Positions 1-10,252 of a stretch of DNA of 64,000 nucleotides are shown piece by piece (position 1 is the first letter of the stretch; each line of letters opens with the position of its first letter). Origin of the DNA: an uncultured Clostridia bacterium (GTDB lineage: Bacteria; Bacillota; Clostridia; TANB77; CAG-508); contig CAOXTD010000001.1 of the NCBI GenBank assembly GCA_948560265.1, positions 9,439-73,438 of the forward strand, read 5' to 3'. The position numbers and the translations under genes were made by a program. The notes below the pieces were generated by a model. It made no database searches. It was not told the DNA's origin and was given only the letters and a program-made list of their open reading frames with translations.

Positions 1-29
1 AATATTTAAAAAATGTAATAGAAAGTTAA

Positions 30-72
30 AAAAAAGAAAGTAGATACTCTAAAATATCTACTTTCTTTTTAA
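30..72 (-). terminator. Rho-independent terminator downstream of the 91..798 gene (looks bidirectional)
   Basis: 13-bp inverted repeat AAGAAAGTAGATA (34-46) / TATCTACTTTCTT (55-67), with an A-run on the left and a T-run on the right. Confidence 0.6.
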
Positions 73-90
73 ATTGTATACATAATTTAA

Positions 91-798
91 TTATTTTAAT
101 CTTGAAGCAGCTGTATTTACCATAGTAATTAAAGAATTGTACTTAGTTACTTGTGACATTGACTTAAATTCAACTCTGTTGTTTTTAACTTCCCAATTAG
201 ATTTATTTTCTTTTAAGAAATTGAAAACATCATCAATTTTAGATAAGTAGTTATTTACATTATCAATTGTTTTATTCACATCTGTCAATTCACCTTCTAA
301 TTGAATACTGCTTTTAAATAAATCTTTGTATTTTCCAGATAAACTAGCTTCGTCTGCTCTTTTATCTTTATATTCATCTGTAACCATTTCAGCTAGTTTT
401 GTTTTAGCTTCTTCACCTTGTTTTTTTACATCTTCAATTAATTTTTTAGATTCTTTGAATTCAGGTCCATCTTTTTTGTAATTGTCTGCTGATAAGATAT
501 TAGTTAATTTTTCATTTTCGTATTGTTTTGCAATTGAAACAGCAACACCTTGATACTCAACAACGTAGTCTTTTAATGCCTTTTCTACATCAGCATATTT
601 TCCACTTGATTTGATGTCTTCGTCTATTTTTCCAGAAGTATTGATTTTTTCCATTTCTGCACCAATGATAGCTCTTTGAGCAAAGTCATTGACAAACATA
701 AATCCAATTACTCCTATTACTGCGATAACTGCTACAACGATAGCGACAATCACAATGACCTTTTTGTTTTTAGATTTTTTTTCATCCATTTTTTTCAA
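91..798 (-). CDS. Hypothetical membrane-anchored K/E/D-rich protein (235 aa)
   Basis: Long ORF. K-rich N-terminus followed by one hydrophobic helix (VIVIVAIVVAVIAVIGVIGFMFV); the rest is charged and probably helical. A terminator follows. No family recognised. Confidence 0.6.
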   Translation of the reverse strand: MKKMDEKKSKNKKVIVIVAIVVAVIAVIGVIGFMFVNDFAQRAIIGAEMEKINTSGKIDEDIKSSGKYADVEKALKDYVVEYQGVAVSIAKQYENEKLTNILSADNYKKDGPEFKESKKLIEDVKKQGEEAKTKLAEMVTDEYKDKRADEASLSGKYKDLFKSSIQLEGELTDVNKTIDNVNNYLSKIDDVFNFLKENKSNWEVKNNRVEFKSMSQVTKYNSLITMVNTAASRLK

Positions 799-896
799 AC
801 ACTCCTTTTATTTTAATTTGTCGTTTGAGTATAACTCAAACGCATTTAAAGTATATCACTAACTCCTTAAGGATACAAGGGGTTTAAGATAATTTA

Positions 897-1382
897 TTAA
901 TGACTAAAAATATATTGAATACCACCATAAGTTGCAGCAGTAACAGCTAAAACAAGGATTCCAGCAGTAAGTACACCAGCTACAATTGGTGGAATAGCCT
1001 TTTTAGGTGGTAAGTTCAAGAAGTTAGCAATTAAAGAACCAACCCAAGCACCAGTACCAGGAATCGGAATAGCAACAAATAAGAATAAGGCTAAAGCTGT
1101 GTAAGTTTGTAGTCTTTCGTTCTCTTCAATTTTTTTAGTAGCTTTATTGGTAGCCCAGTCAATAATAACTTTAAAAGGTTTCCACCTACCGAAAAAATCA
1201 AATAAAGGACGAATAAACTTTACAATAAAGTAGATAGGAATGATATTTCCTAAAAAGCTACAAATAAAAGCTTCGAAATAAGAAAGTCCCATTCCAACAC
1301 CAATGGGAATAGCCCCTCTAAGTTCTATAATAGGTACCATACCAATGATGAATGTAATTAAATATTTTAAAACAATTGGCAT
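897..1382 (-). CDS. Small integral membrane protein, COG2426 / Sm_multidrug_ex-like (putative small multidrug export protein)
   Basis: 161-aa ORF with about 4 hydrophobic segments. It has the N-terminal motif PIIELRGAIPIG that I associate with Pfam PF06695. Confidence 0.65.
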   Translation of the reverse strand: MPIVLKYLITFIIGMVPIIELRGAIPIGVGMGLSYFEAFICSFLGNIIPIYFIVKFIRPLFDFFGRWKPFKVIIDWATNKATKKIEENERLQTYTALALFLFVAIPIPGTGAWVGSLIANFLNLPPKKAIPPIVAGVLTAGILVLAVTAATYGGIQYIFSH

Positions 1383-1630
1383 TTTTTTGCCTCCTTTTCA
1401 TTTTTCATAAGCCTTATTTTATAATATCAAGCATGCTTTGTCTAGTGATAAGGCAAAAATTAATAAAAACCTTAGGGAATACAACAAAGCACAATAATAT
1501 GACAAAGTGATTGTAATAATTGTCATAAGAAAGACATACAAACTTAACAATTCAAAAAAAATCGATACAAGCCTAGAAAATCCGTAAGAAAAAGCAAAGC
1601 TATTTATTAGAAAAAAGAAGAAAAGTGCGA

Positions 1631-1658
1631 TTGACACGTTTCTTTTTTTATTTATAAT
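1631..1658 (+). promoter_or_regulatory. Sigma-70-type promoter for the surface-protein cluster
   Basis: TTGACA (1631-1636), 16-nt spacer, TATAAT (1653-1658); about 50 nt upstream of the RBS and start at 1709. Confidence 0.5.
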
Positions 1659-1708
1659 ATGATACTAATCGTAAGCTAAAACGAAAATTGGAAAGAAAGG
1701 AGCCAAAA

Positions 1709-3407
1709 TTGGAAAGCAATCAAGTCAAAAAAAGAAAAAGAAGAATTGTTATTGCAGTTCTCATTTGTATTTTTCTTTTATTAGGAAATGTTGCTACCAT
1801 TTTAGCGGCAAATGACGTAGATTTATTAACACCAACAGATGACCAATACTTAGAGTTAAAGGCAGTACAAGCAAAAGATGTCATAGGTCAAAACAAACAA
1901 GTCATTCTGCAGCTGTGGGGGCACAACCTAGAATTTAGACGGATTTGATGTTAGATTTTCCTACTTAAGTACTAAATTACAACCATCGAATATCACAACC
2001 AATATAATAACTAGTGATATCACAGAGTACTTTCAATTTGAACCTCAATTTAATAATGGCTCCTTAGATATATTTGACTTACCATATGATGATAGTCAGA
2101 TTCAAGAAGAGGGTATTCCAAAAGAAGAAGGAGCAAGTATCATTAGGATGATAGGGTCAGTCAACGCGCCTATTACTGGTGAAACAGACCACTTTGTTCT
2201 AAAAGAAGATGGCAAATATTCCTTCAATACAAATGGAGATGTCTTAATTGGAACAATGAGTTTTCAAATGACAGCGGACGAATTTGATAGTTCATGGTTT
2301 AAACTAGTACCTTCAGCAGAATACAACCCAACAAGTGGAATAAAGATTAGTATGACAACTACCAAACGATATGAAGCACAATCTACATTCCGATTTACAG
2401 ATGAGGTAGCGTCAAAAGAAGCCAGTTTAAGTAATTTAGTAGTAAGCACAGGAACAATTGATACAGACAACCCAGACAATTCTACTTATAAAGAATATTC
2501 ATTAACACCAACCTTTGATAAAGATACACTAACATATGAAATCAAATTGTTAGAATACTTAGAGAATATGGATATTACAGCAACGACTTTAGATGGAAAA
2601 GCAACTTTAAAGATAAAAGTTCCAAAAAGAGACGAAAATGGAAATTTAGTTTATCAAGCAGATGGGACAACCATAGAGTATGAAGAAAAAGCAATAGCGG
2701 ATAAAACGCCATTCAATGTTATCTTAAATAAGTTAGGAGAACCAGACACAATTCTAACCATTATTTCAACAGCGGAAGACGGGAAGACGAAAAAGGAATA
2801 TCAACTAACTATTAAAAGACCGTATGCAACTATTAAAGGAAAGGCAATTCTAGCAGATTTTGATGATGAAGGAAAAGTGCAAGATATTTTAGATGTATAT
2901 GGAGTAGAGTTGAATAATAGAGTAGATATCAATTTATACAAACCAAACTTAGCTGAATGGGAATCTATACCAGATATTTATCAAATTATTTACCCAGATC
3001 CATTTACTTATGAAAAATTAGAGAATGTAGCAAAAGAGACATTTATGAGTAGTAAGAACGACGGAACTTTTGAAATACATATCATACCAGGAGAATATGA
3101 CGTCCAAATAACAAGGTTAGGATATTTAGATTATATTTATTCAGATGTAGAGCTGAACGAGGGGGATGTTATAGAAATGGGAGAAATAAGGTTGACAGCA
3201 GGAGACATCAATAGAGATGGTACCATTTCACAAGAGGATATTAACCAAGTAAAACAAGTTATGGATATGTTAAATGACAATGTGGACTTTTTGGAAAATT
3301 ACAATCCGTCACAGATAGGTGTTGTTGCACAAGAGGATTTAAACTATGCAAAACAAAATCAAGATAAAAATCTGACAATTGTATATTTTAATTCTAATCA
3401 TTCTTAA
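1709..3407 (+). pseudogene. Frameshifted (or mis-sequenced) secreted protein with cohesin-like, cadherin-like beta-sandwich, CarboxypepD_reg-like and dockerin-like parts (~565 aa if repaired)
   Basis: RBS AAGGAG (1697-1702) plus TTG at 1709. Signal peptide KKRKRRIVIAVLICIFLLLGNVATILAAN.
The first frame stops at 1946-1948, and the other frame is open from 1932. Skipping one nt at ~1929-1931 gives the continuous reading ...QLWGHNL/NLDGFDVRFSYLSTKLQP...
Cadherin-like signature: ASLSNLVVSTG...YSLTPTFDKDTLTYEIK. CarboxypepD_reg-like: DGTFEIHIIPGEYDVQITRLGYLD. EF-hand/dockerin loop: GDINRDGTISQEDIN (3201-3245). Confidence 0.65.
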
Positions 3408-3442
3408 AAAATAAGAAAAATATATATGTAAGGAGGAAAAAG

Positions 3443-6400
3443 ATGAAAGGAAAGCACGCTAAATCGTTAGCGGTGCCAAAACGAATGCAAACTAGAGATT
3501 TAGACGAAGAAAAGCAATATAGTCAAATCTTAAGTAAAGCTGATGAATTGTTTCGAGAAAAAATATTGCAAGATGCAGAAATCCAAGAACTAATAGAAAA
3601 AACAAAACAAAAGCAATATGAAAAATCGCAGTCAGTCAGTAGAACATCGTTTTTTGGCAGGCTAAGGGAAAAAGCAAAACAAGTGACCAAAAAGCAAGTA
3701 ACAGCTTTTAGTACTTTAATGATTATGATAACGCAAATGTTTTCACCTTATACTGTATTATTAAGCACAGTAAAAGCAGCTGTTGATCCAACAACAGATA
3801 CTTTAATAGCTGTTACAGCGTCACAACCGAAAACTTCTAGTAGTGGGAATAAAATAATTGAAGTAACCTATGCTATCACAGGAGAAAATATTGTATCTGC
3901 AGATTTATCAATAGGTTATGATAGTACAAAAATTAAGCCAGCAAGAAGAGGAACAGGAGCAGCATGTACAGTGACCAAATTAGCAGCGAATAACCCTACC
4001 ACAAGTTGTGCAGAGTTTGGAGATGCATTAAGCTTTTTAGACTTAGACACAGGAGCATTAAATACAACCAATAGTAATATCAGAATTTCAGTATCTTGTC
4101 CAGCAGGAGGAGATAGAGTATTAGATGTAGGAGGACAAGGATATTCACAAGATGACTTAGGAGAAGAAGCATATGGATATAATTATTATTTACCAATTGT
4201 AAAGTTATATTTCCTTTTGGTAGACGAAAGTATTACAGAATTAACACATGATATGCTATATTTCTCAAAGGTATCAGATACATGGCCAACAGGATATAAA
4301 TATATTTACAATAATACTGGTACTAGTGACAGAACTTGTATAGATCCAACAACAGTTTCCTATAATGGATTTGCAGAAGCTAAAAAAGCAGTAAGCAGTA
4401 TAGAAGTAACACAAAATCCAACAGATGTAACTTACAAAAATGGAGATACATTGGACTTTACAGGTGGAACTATCACAATTCACTATGATGATGGTTCTAA
4501 AGATGAAAATGTAAGTATTGCAGATGGAATACAAGATGGAAGTATTACCGTAGATACACAATACGCTTCCAATGGAACCAAAAAGGCAGTTATTACTTAT
4601 TCAGGTAAAACAGCTGAAATTCCATATTATGTTTTATCAGGTGCAAGCTTAAAAACAAATATTACGAAAACTACTTATGATCATGGAGATAACCTAGACT
4701 TTACAGGAGGAGAAGTAGATTTCATCTTTACTAACAGTAGTGGAGCAGAAATCAAAGAGGTTGTGTCTATTCCAACAGGTTTAGGAAATCAAACCATTAC
4801 GACTGATACAACAACAGCAAATGTCAATAAAAATCCGGTAAAATTGACTTGTGAAGGATATACCGTAAATTTACCAATTACAGTCAATGATCCATTAGAT
4901 CATATTACAGTAACACCACCAACAACAGTAACATATGATCATGGTAAAGATATTAGTTTTGCAGGAGGTTCTATCACTACTTATACAAAAAGTGGAGCAA
5001 CAGCAACAATTCCAGCGACAGACCCGGGAATTAGTATATCACCAACAAAGGCTGATATTAATTTGGTAGCAAATCCACAGCCAATAGCAGGCGGATTAAA
5101 TGCAGGACCACAAGACATTACAGTAAGTTATCAAGGAAAAACGGCCAAATATACAATTACAGTTAATGATACAATAGATAATATTGATGTTACTACACAA
5201 CCGACAGCAAAGAATAAATATGGAGAAACGAATCCAAGTTTTGCAGGTTTAATAGTAACAGTTAACACAGCAGGAGGAGCAAGTTTTACAGTTGATCATA
5301 ATTCAGTTAACATTGATAAGAGTTCATACAATGCTAATACACTGAATGAACAACAATTTACAGTAACTTATGGTGGTAAAACAGCGTCAACAAAAGCAAA
5401 ATTAAAATTACAAGACTATATTACAGATATGGTACCAACATTTCCAACGACGGTCTTTGAATATGACACACCAGTTGCTACAATTATCAATGGAGCAACT
5501 TATGTAAAGAAATATGCAAGTGGTGCTACCTCTAGTGCAGAACCAATCACAACAGGAATGGTTAGTGGATATACCCAAAGACCAGCACCAACGTTATTTA
5601 ACAGTTTGCATGAATGTAGTCAAACTATTAACATAAAGTTAACAAGCGGAACCAATTCCTTTGATGAAGTACCAATTACAAAAACACAAGCTATTACGAT
5701 GAAGGACAAAATCACAGGAATTGCCATAGATAACTATCCAAGTACAATGGGATTTGATTATGGAGATGCGTTTGTAGCAACAAATGGTAGAATTAAGACA
5801 GTATATGCTAGTGGAGCAAAGGGAGACACCATATACATGTCAGACCCAAGTGTAAAATTAACACAAACAGATGGCACAACTCCAGTTACCACTCAAGTCG
5901 CAAAATCCAAATTTACAAATGGACAAGCGACAGAAACTGTAAAAGTAACTTACACGAAAGATAGCAAAAATTATACTACTACTTATAACATCACGATTTC
6001 AGACAAAGTAACAGGTATTGCTATTACAACAGATCCAACCAAGGCATTTGAACATGGAGCAGCTTTTGGAGTAGGAAGCGGTAAAATTACAGTAAGTTAT
6101 GCAGTAGCAGATCCACAAATTATTGCAATGTCAGATACAGATGTAATAATTAAGCAATCAAATGGTACAGCCATTAACATGAGCCCAACTACTTATGACG
6201 CAAATCACAAATATACAGAACACTTAAAAGTAGAATATATGGGAGAAACAGCAACTTATGATATTACTATTACAAATGTCATCACAGGAATTACTTTAAA
6301 ACCAAGTCCAAAAACAAGTTATACATACAAAGAGTCAATAACCAATGCAGGAGGAAGTATAGAAATTACAAGAAAGAATGGAACAACTAGCACACTTCCA

Positions 6401-9400
6401 ATTACAGATAGTATGATAACAGGACTTAACACAGATACAGTAGGAACAAGACAAGCTACTGTAACATATACCGAAAATGGTGTAACAAAAACAGTGAAGT
6501 ATAGCTATACAGTAGAAAATTCAGTTACAGGAGTAACCATAACAGCTCCAGGCAAAACAACATATAAACATGGAGAAAGTTTAGCAGCAGGAAGAGTTAC
6601 ATTAACTTATGCAGATGGAACAACAAGCCAAGGAAATTGGTCAGATGTAACTATCACAGATGGTGGAACGGCTATTACAGCGCTTCCAACCCCAACAGAA
6701 GCGGAGTATAAAGCAAGCAGTACACCACATAAGATAAGTAAAACCTTAAAACTAAATTACACCAAAGATGGTGTGACAGCAGCAGAAGTAAGTTATCCAA
6801 TTGAAATTATCAATGATGTAAAATCAATTGCGATGTATCAAGTACCAAAACAAAATTATAGTGTTAATGATCCAATTGATGTTACAGGTGGAGAAATCAT
6901 GGTAACAAGAGCAGTTGGTTCAGAGGCAATAGCAATTACAAAAGAAATGACAAGTGGATTTGATAGCAGTAAAGAATATCCAGACAATTCATTAGTAATT
7001 ACTGTAACTTATACAGAAAACGGTGTAACTCCTGCCCCAACAACGAGTTATACTGCAACTGTAACAGATACAGTATCTAGTATTACAATGGGTAATACAC
7101 CAAAAACAAATTATAAGTACAATGAGCCACTAGATACAACAGGAGGAACTTTAACAATTACGAGAGCAAGTGGAGAAACCAAAACAGTGGATATCACAAA
7201 TGCGATGATAACATCTACATTTGATCCACAAACCTTAGGAGAACAAACTTTAACCGTTACTTATGGAGGAAAAACAACAACTTATACAGTTACAGTCAAA
7301 GACTATGTAACAGGAATTACAGTAACACCAACAGAAGTAGACGGAACTTACAATCAAGAATTAGCAGATTTAATTACAAATAAAAATATTATGTACACAG
7401 TTAACTATGCAAAAGCAGGAGCTTTGAACCCAGAAGTACCTACTGAAAGCATGGTAACAGGATACAACAAAACAGATTTAGGTGATAGAGATATCACAAT
7501 TACTTATACAGATAATGATAGCCAAAGTGCTACAAATGGAGAAACTTTCTCAGCAACTGTAACAGTAAAAACACCAAATGCAATTTCAGGAGCAGTGATT
7601 ACCGCCCCTAACAAGACAATCTACAATGACAGTGAAAACTTAGCAGAAGGAACGATTACTCTAACTTATGCAAACGGAGATACCATTTCAGGAAATTGGT
7701 CAGATGTAACTATCACAAATAGTGATGGAACCCCATACACTATGACTGCAACTGAAGATGAGTATAAAGCAAGTAACCATAAGATAAATAAAACTTTAAA
7801 ACTAAACTATACAAAAGATGGTGTAACAGCAGCAGAAGTTGAATATCCAATTGAAATTATTAATGATATCAAATCTATTGCAGTAAGCACAGTACCAAAA
7901 CAAGATTACAACATTGGAGATACATTAGATGTTACAAATGGAGAAATCCTAGTAACAAGAGCAGTAGGAACAGAGAACATTGCTATAGTAGATACTATGG
8001 TAAGTGGATTTGATACTACAGCAGAACATAAAGATTTAAGCTTAAAAGTAGAATACACAGAAAATGGAATTACAAAAGAAACAAATTACACCATTCAAGT
8101 AAAAGATGATGTAAGTAGTGTAACTTTAAAAACAACTCCAAAAACCGATTATCTATATGGTGAACCATTAGATATTAGTGGAGGAGAATTAGAAATCACA
8201 AGACCAAGTGGAAATGTAACAATCCCATTAACAACAGATATGATAACTTCTACATTTGATCCACAAAATATAGCAGAACAAACAGTAACTATTGAATATG
8301 GTGGATTTACAGTAGAATATCAGGTAAATGTAAAAGACTATATGACAGGAATTGTACTTACACCACCAACCAAAACAGAATATGAATATGGTGAAGCACT
8401 AGATTTAACAGGAGGAACTGTACAAAAAGTAATGGCAAGTGGAGCAGCTACCACCCCAGTAGATTTAAGTGATACCACTCAAGTAACTTTAGGTACTTAT
8501 GACCCAACTAAGGAAGGAGCACAAACCATAACTGTAGAATATGCAGGAGAACAAGCAAGTTTTGCCATTACAGTAGTAGACAATGTTCAAACTATTGCAA
8601 TGGTAGATACTCCAAAACAAAATTATCAATATGGAGAACCATTAGATATTAATGGAGGAACTATATTAGTTACAAGATCAAGTGGAAGAACAGAAACAAT
8701 TAATTTAGACACTAACATGGTAACAGGATTTAATCCTAACCAATTAGGAGAACAAACTTTAACGGTTACCTATAAAGGAGCAACAACAGATTATACCGTA
8801 GAAGTTGAAGATTATGTAACAGATATTGAAATTACAAGACCAAATAAAGAAATTTATAGCTTAGGTGAAGAATTAGACCTAACAGGTGCAACAGTTAAAT
8901 TAGTAATGGCAAGTGGAACAACCACAACCCCAGTAGATATGACTGCTAGCATGATTACAGGATTTGACTCAAGCACAGAAGGTGCAAAACTAATTACAGT
9001 AACCTATCAAGGATTTACAAAAACATTTAGTGTTAGTGTAATGGATAGTGTTAAGGGAATGATTTTAGTAACATTACCAAATAAATTAGATTACTTATAT
9101 GGAGAATCATTAGACTTAACAGGTGGAAGTATAGCGCTTATCAAAGAAAGTGGACAAACTTCACCAATACCAATGACAAAAGATATGGTATCAGGATATT
9201 CCCCAAATATCTTAGGTAACCAAACAATTACAGTAACTTATGAGGAATGTACACAAGAGTTTATCGTAAATGTAAAAGACTTTATTAGTAAATTACAAGT
9301 AAAAGCACCAACAAAAACAAAATATGAATATGGAGAAGATTTAGACTTAACAGGTGGTATTGCAAGTATCCTAATGGCAAGTGGAAAAGTGGTAGAAGAA

Positions 9401-10252
9401 ACCCCATTAACAGCTTCTATGATATCTATATTCAATAATGAACAAGTTGGAAAACAAACCATAGCGGTTACATATCAAGGATTACAAGGAGAATTCCAAG
9501 TAACAGTAGAAGATAAAGTAAAAGGTATCTCTATGAACGAATTACCAAATAAGGTAGAATACGAATATAGAGAAAAACTAGATGTAACTGGTGCAACAAT
9601 TAATGTTGTAAGGTCAAGTGGAACTATTGTAGTGAAAGTGACAAACAAGATGGTATCAGGATTTAACCCTAGAAAATCTGGAAACCAGGTAGTTACAGTA
9701 ACTTATAAAGGAATGAAAACACAATTTGTGGTAATGGTAAATGCACAAGAACAAACAACGTCAGTTATCCCAGTAAGACCAATAAGACCAGTTACACCAC
9801 AAGAACCAGAAAAACCAGTAGAAGAGCCAACACCAGAACCAACACCAACTCCTATTCCAACACCAGAGCCAGAAAAGCCAACGGTAGTATTAGGAGAAAA
9901 GGACGAAAACAATGGCTTAGATAAGAAAACAGTAGCAGCTATTATTGGCGGATTAGGTATTTTATTACTACTTATTTTAGTTGTTATGAGACGTCGTAAT
10001 GTTAAGATTTATGTAGAAGAAGATGGAGAATTCGTATTAGCTGGAACTGAAAAATTAACTAGAAATAATTTAACAATTAACATTGACCAATATTTGGATG
10101 GAGAAACATACCATAGCAAAGTCATGATTTGTTTAAATGATTCTATTTCGGATAAATTAGATGAAGAAGAAATCGAAATCCAACATAGAGGAGAAATTGT
10201 TAAAGAAAAAATCAAATATCTAGGTGAACCAGTAGAAATCACCTTAGAATAG
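3443..10252 (+). CDS. Giant membrane-anchored surface protein (2,269 aa) made of ~21 Big_3-type bacterial Ig-like repeats
   Basis: RBS AAGGAGG plus ATG at 3443. Features in order:
- a charged ~85-aa N-terminus, then a hydrophobic segment (VTAFSTLMIMITQMFSPYTVLLSTV);
- a tentative cohesin-like module (IEVTYAITGENIVSADLSIGYDSTKIKP);
- ~21 repeats of ~80-95 aa with the pattern P.K..Y.YGE.LDLTGG.I.V...SG.....T..M.SGF......G.Q..TVTY.G....F.V.V.D (Pfam Big_3 PF07523-like);
- a Pro-rich linker (PVRPIRPVTPQEPEKPVEEPTPEPTPTPIPTPEPEKP);
- a TM helix (VAAIIGGLGILLLLILVVM) followed by RRRN and an ~85-aa C-terminal tail. Confidence 0.9.
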   Translation: MKGKHAKSLAVPKRMQTRDLDEEKQYSQILSKADELFREKILQDAEIQELIEKTKQKQYEKSQSVSRTSFFGRLREKAKQVTKKQVTAFSTLMIMITQMFSPYTVLLSTVKAAVDPTTDTLIAVTASQPKTSSSGNKIIEVTYAITGENIVSADLSIGYDSTKIKPARRGTGAACTVTKLAANNPTTSCAEFGDALSFLDLDTGALNTTNSNIRISVSCPAGGDRVLDVGGQGYSQDDLGEEAYGYNYYLPIVKLYFLLVDESITELTHDMLYFSKVSDTWPTGYKYIYNNTGTSDRTCIDPTTVSYNGFAEAKKAVSSIEVTQNPTDVTYKNGDTLDFTGGTITIHYDDGSKDENVSIADGIQDGSITVDTQYASNGTKKAVITYSGKTAEIPYYVLSGASLKTNITKTTYDHGDNLDFTGGEVDFIFTNSSGAEIKEVVSIPTGLGNQTITTDTTTANVNKNPVKLTCEGYTVNLPITVNDPLDHITVTPPTTVTYDHGKDISFAGGSITTYTKSGATATIPATDPGISISPTKADINLVANPQPIAGGLNAGPQDITVSYQGKTAKYTITVNDTIDNIDVTTQPTAKNKYGETNPSFAGLIVTVNTAGGASFTVDHNSVNIDKSSYNANTLNEQQFTVTYGGKTASTKAKLKLQDYITDMVPTFPTTVFEYDTPVATIINGATYVKKYASGATSSAEPITTGMVSGYTQRPAPTLFNSLHECSQTINIKLTSGTNSFDEVPITKTQAITMKDKITGIAIDNYPSTMGFDYGDAFVATNGRIKTVYASGAKGDTIYMSDPSVKLTQTDGTTPVTTQVAKSKFTNGQATETVKVTYTKDSKNYTTTYNITISDKVTGIAITTDPTKAFEHGAAFGVGSGKITVSYAVADPQIIAMSDTDVIIKQSNGTAINMSPTTYDANHKYTEHLKVEYMGETATYDITITNVITGITLKPSPKTSYTYKESITNAGGSIEITRKNGTTSTLPITDSMITGLNTDTVGTRQATVTYTENGVTKTVKYSYTVENSVTGVTITAPGKTTYKHGESLAAGRVTLTYADGTTSQGNWSDVTITDGGTAITALPTPTEAEYKASSTPHKISKTLKLNYTKDGVTAAEVSYPIEIINDVKSIAMYQVPKQNYSVNDPIDVTGGEIMVTRAVGSEAIAITKEMTSGFDSSKEYPDNSLVITVTYTENGVTPAPTTSYTATVTDTVSSITMGNTPKTNYKYNEPLDTTGGTLTITRASGETKTVDITNAMITSTFDPQTLGEQTLTVTYGGKTTTYTVTVKDYVTGITVTPTEVDGTYNQELADLITNKNIMYTVNYAKAGALNPEVPTESMVTGYNKTDLGDRDITITYTDNDSQSATNGETFSATVTVKTPNAISGAVITAPNKTIYNDSENLAEGTITLTYANGDTISGNWSDVTITNSDGTPYTMTATEDEYKASNHKINKTLKLNYTKDGVTAAEVEYPIEIINDIKSIAVSTVPKQDYNIGDTLDVTNGEILVTRAVGTENIAIVDTMVSGFDTTAEHKDLSLKVEYTENGITKETNYTIQVKDDVSSVTLKTTPKTDYLYGEPLDISGGELEITRPSGNVTIPLTTDMITSTFDPQNIAEQTVTIEYGGFTVEYQVNVKDYMTGIVLTPPTKTEYEYGEALDLTGGTVQKVMASGAATTPVDLSDTTQVTLGTYDPTKEGAQTITVEYAGEQASFAITVVDNVQTIAMVDTPKQNYQYGEPLDINGGTILVTRSSGRTETINLDTNMVTGFNPNQLGEQTLTVTYKGATTDYTVEVEDYVTDIEITRPNKEIYSLGEELDLTGATVKLVMASGTTTTPVDMTASMITGFDSSTEGAKLITVTYQGFTKTFSVSVMDSVKGMILVTLPNKLDYLYGESLDLTGGSIALIKESGQTSPIPMTKDMVSGYSPNILGNQTITVTYEECTQEFIVNVKDFISKLQVKAPTKTKYEYGEDLDLTGGIASILMASGKVVEETPLTASMISIFNNEQVGKQTIAVTYQGLQGEFQVTVEDKVKGISMNELPNKVEYEYREKLDVTGATINVVRSSGTIVVKVTNKMVSGFNPRKSGNQVVTVTYKGMKTQFVVMVNAQEQTTSVIPVRPIRPVTPQEPEKPVEEPTPEPTPTPIPTPEPEKPTVVLGEKDENNGLDKKTVAAIIGGLGILLLLILVVMRRRNVKIYVEEDGEFVLAGTEKLTRNNLTINIDQYLDGETYHSKVMICLNDSISDKLDEEEIEIQHRGEIVKEKIKYLGEPVEITLE
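4386..9748 (+). repeat. Array of ~21 tandem Big_3-like Ig-domain coding repeats (~240-290 bp each)
   Basis: Counted by eye from the recurring ...TVTY.G....Y.V.V.D(Y/K/N)V.GI... module boundaries in the translation. Confidence 0.8.
6524..8365 (+). repeat. Three-module block duplicated ~1.05-1.06 kb downstream (6524..7330 and 7583..8365)
   Basis: Modules 9-11 (VTGVTITAPGKTTYKHGE...LKLNYTKDGVTAAEVSYPIEIINDVKSIA...DPQTLGEQTLTVTYGGKTTTYTVTVKDYVTGI) align position by position with modules 13-15 (ISGAVITAPNKTIYNDSE...LKLNYTKDGVTAAEVEYPIEIINDIKSIA...DPQNIAEQTVTIEYGGFTVEYQVNVKDYMTGI). Long near-identical nucleotide runs, e.g. 6741-6830 vs 7791-7880. Confidence 0.8.

Noticed and set aside
1419-1637. 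72-aa minus-strand ORF between the divergent genes.
   Set aside because: It lies in the AT-rich divergent promoter region and overlaps the TTGACA/TATAAT promoter at 1631-1658. The translation is F/L/I-rich as expected from T-rich DNA, and there is no RBS.
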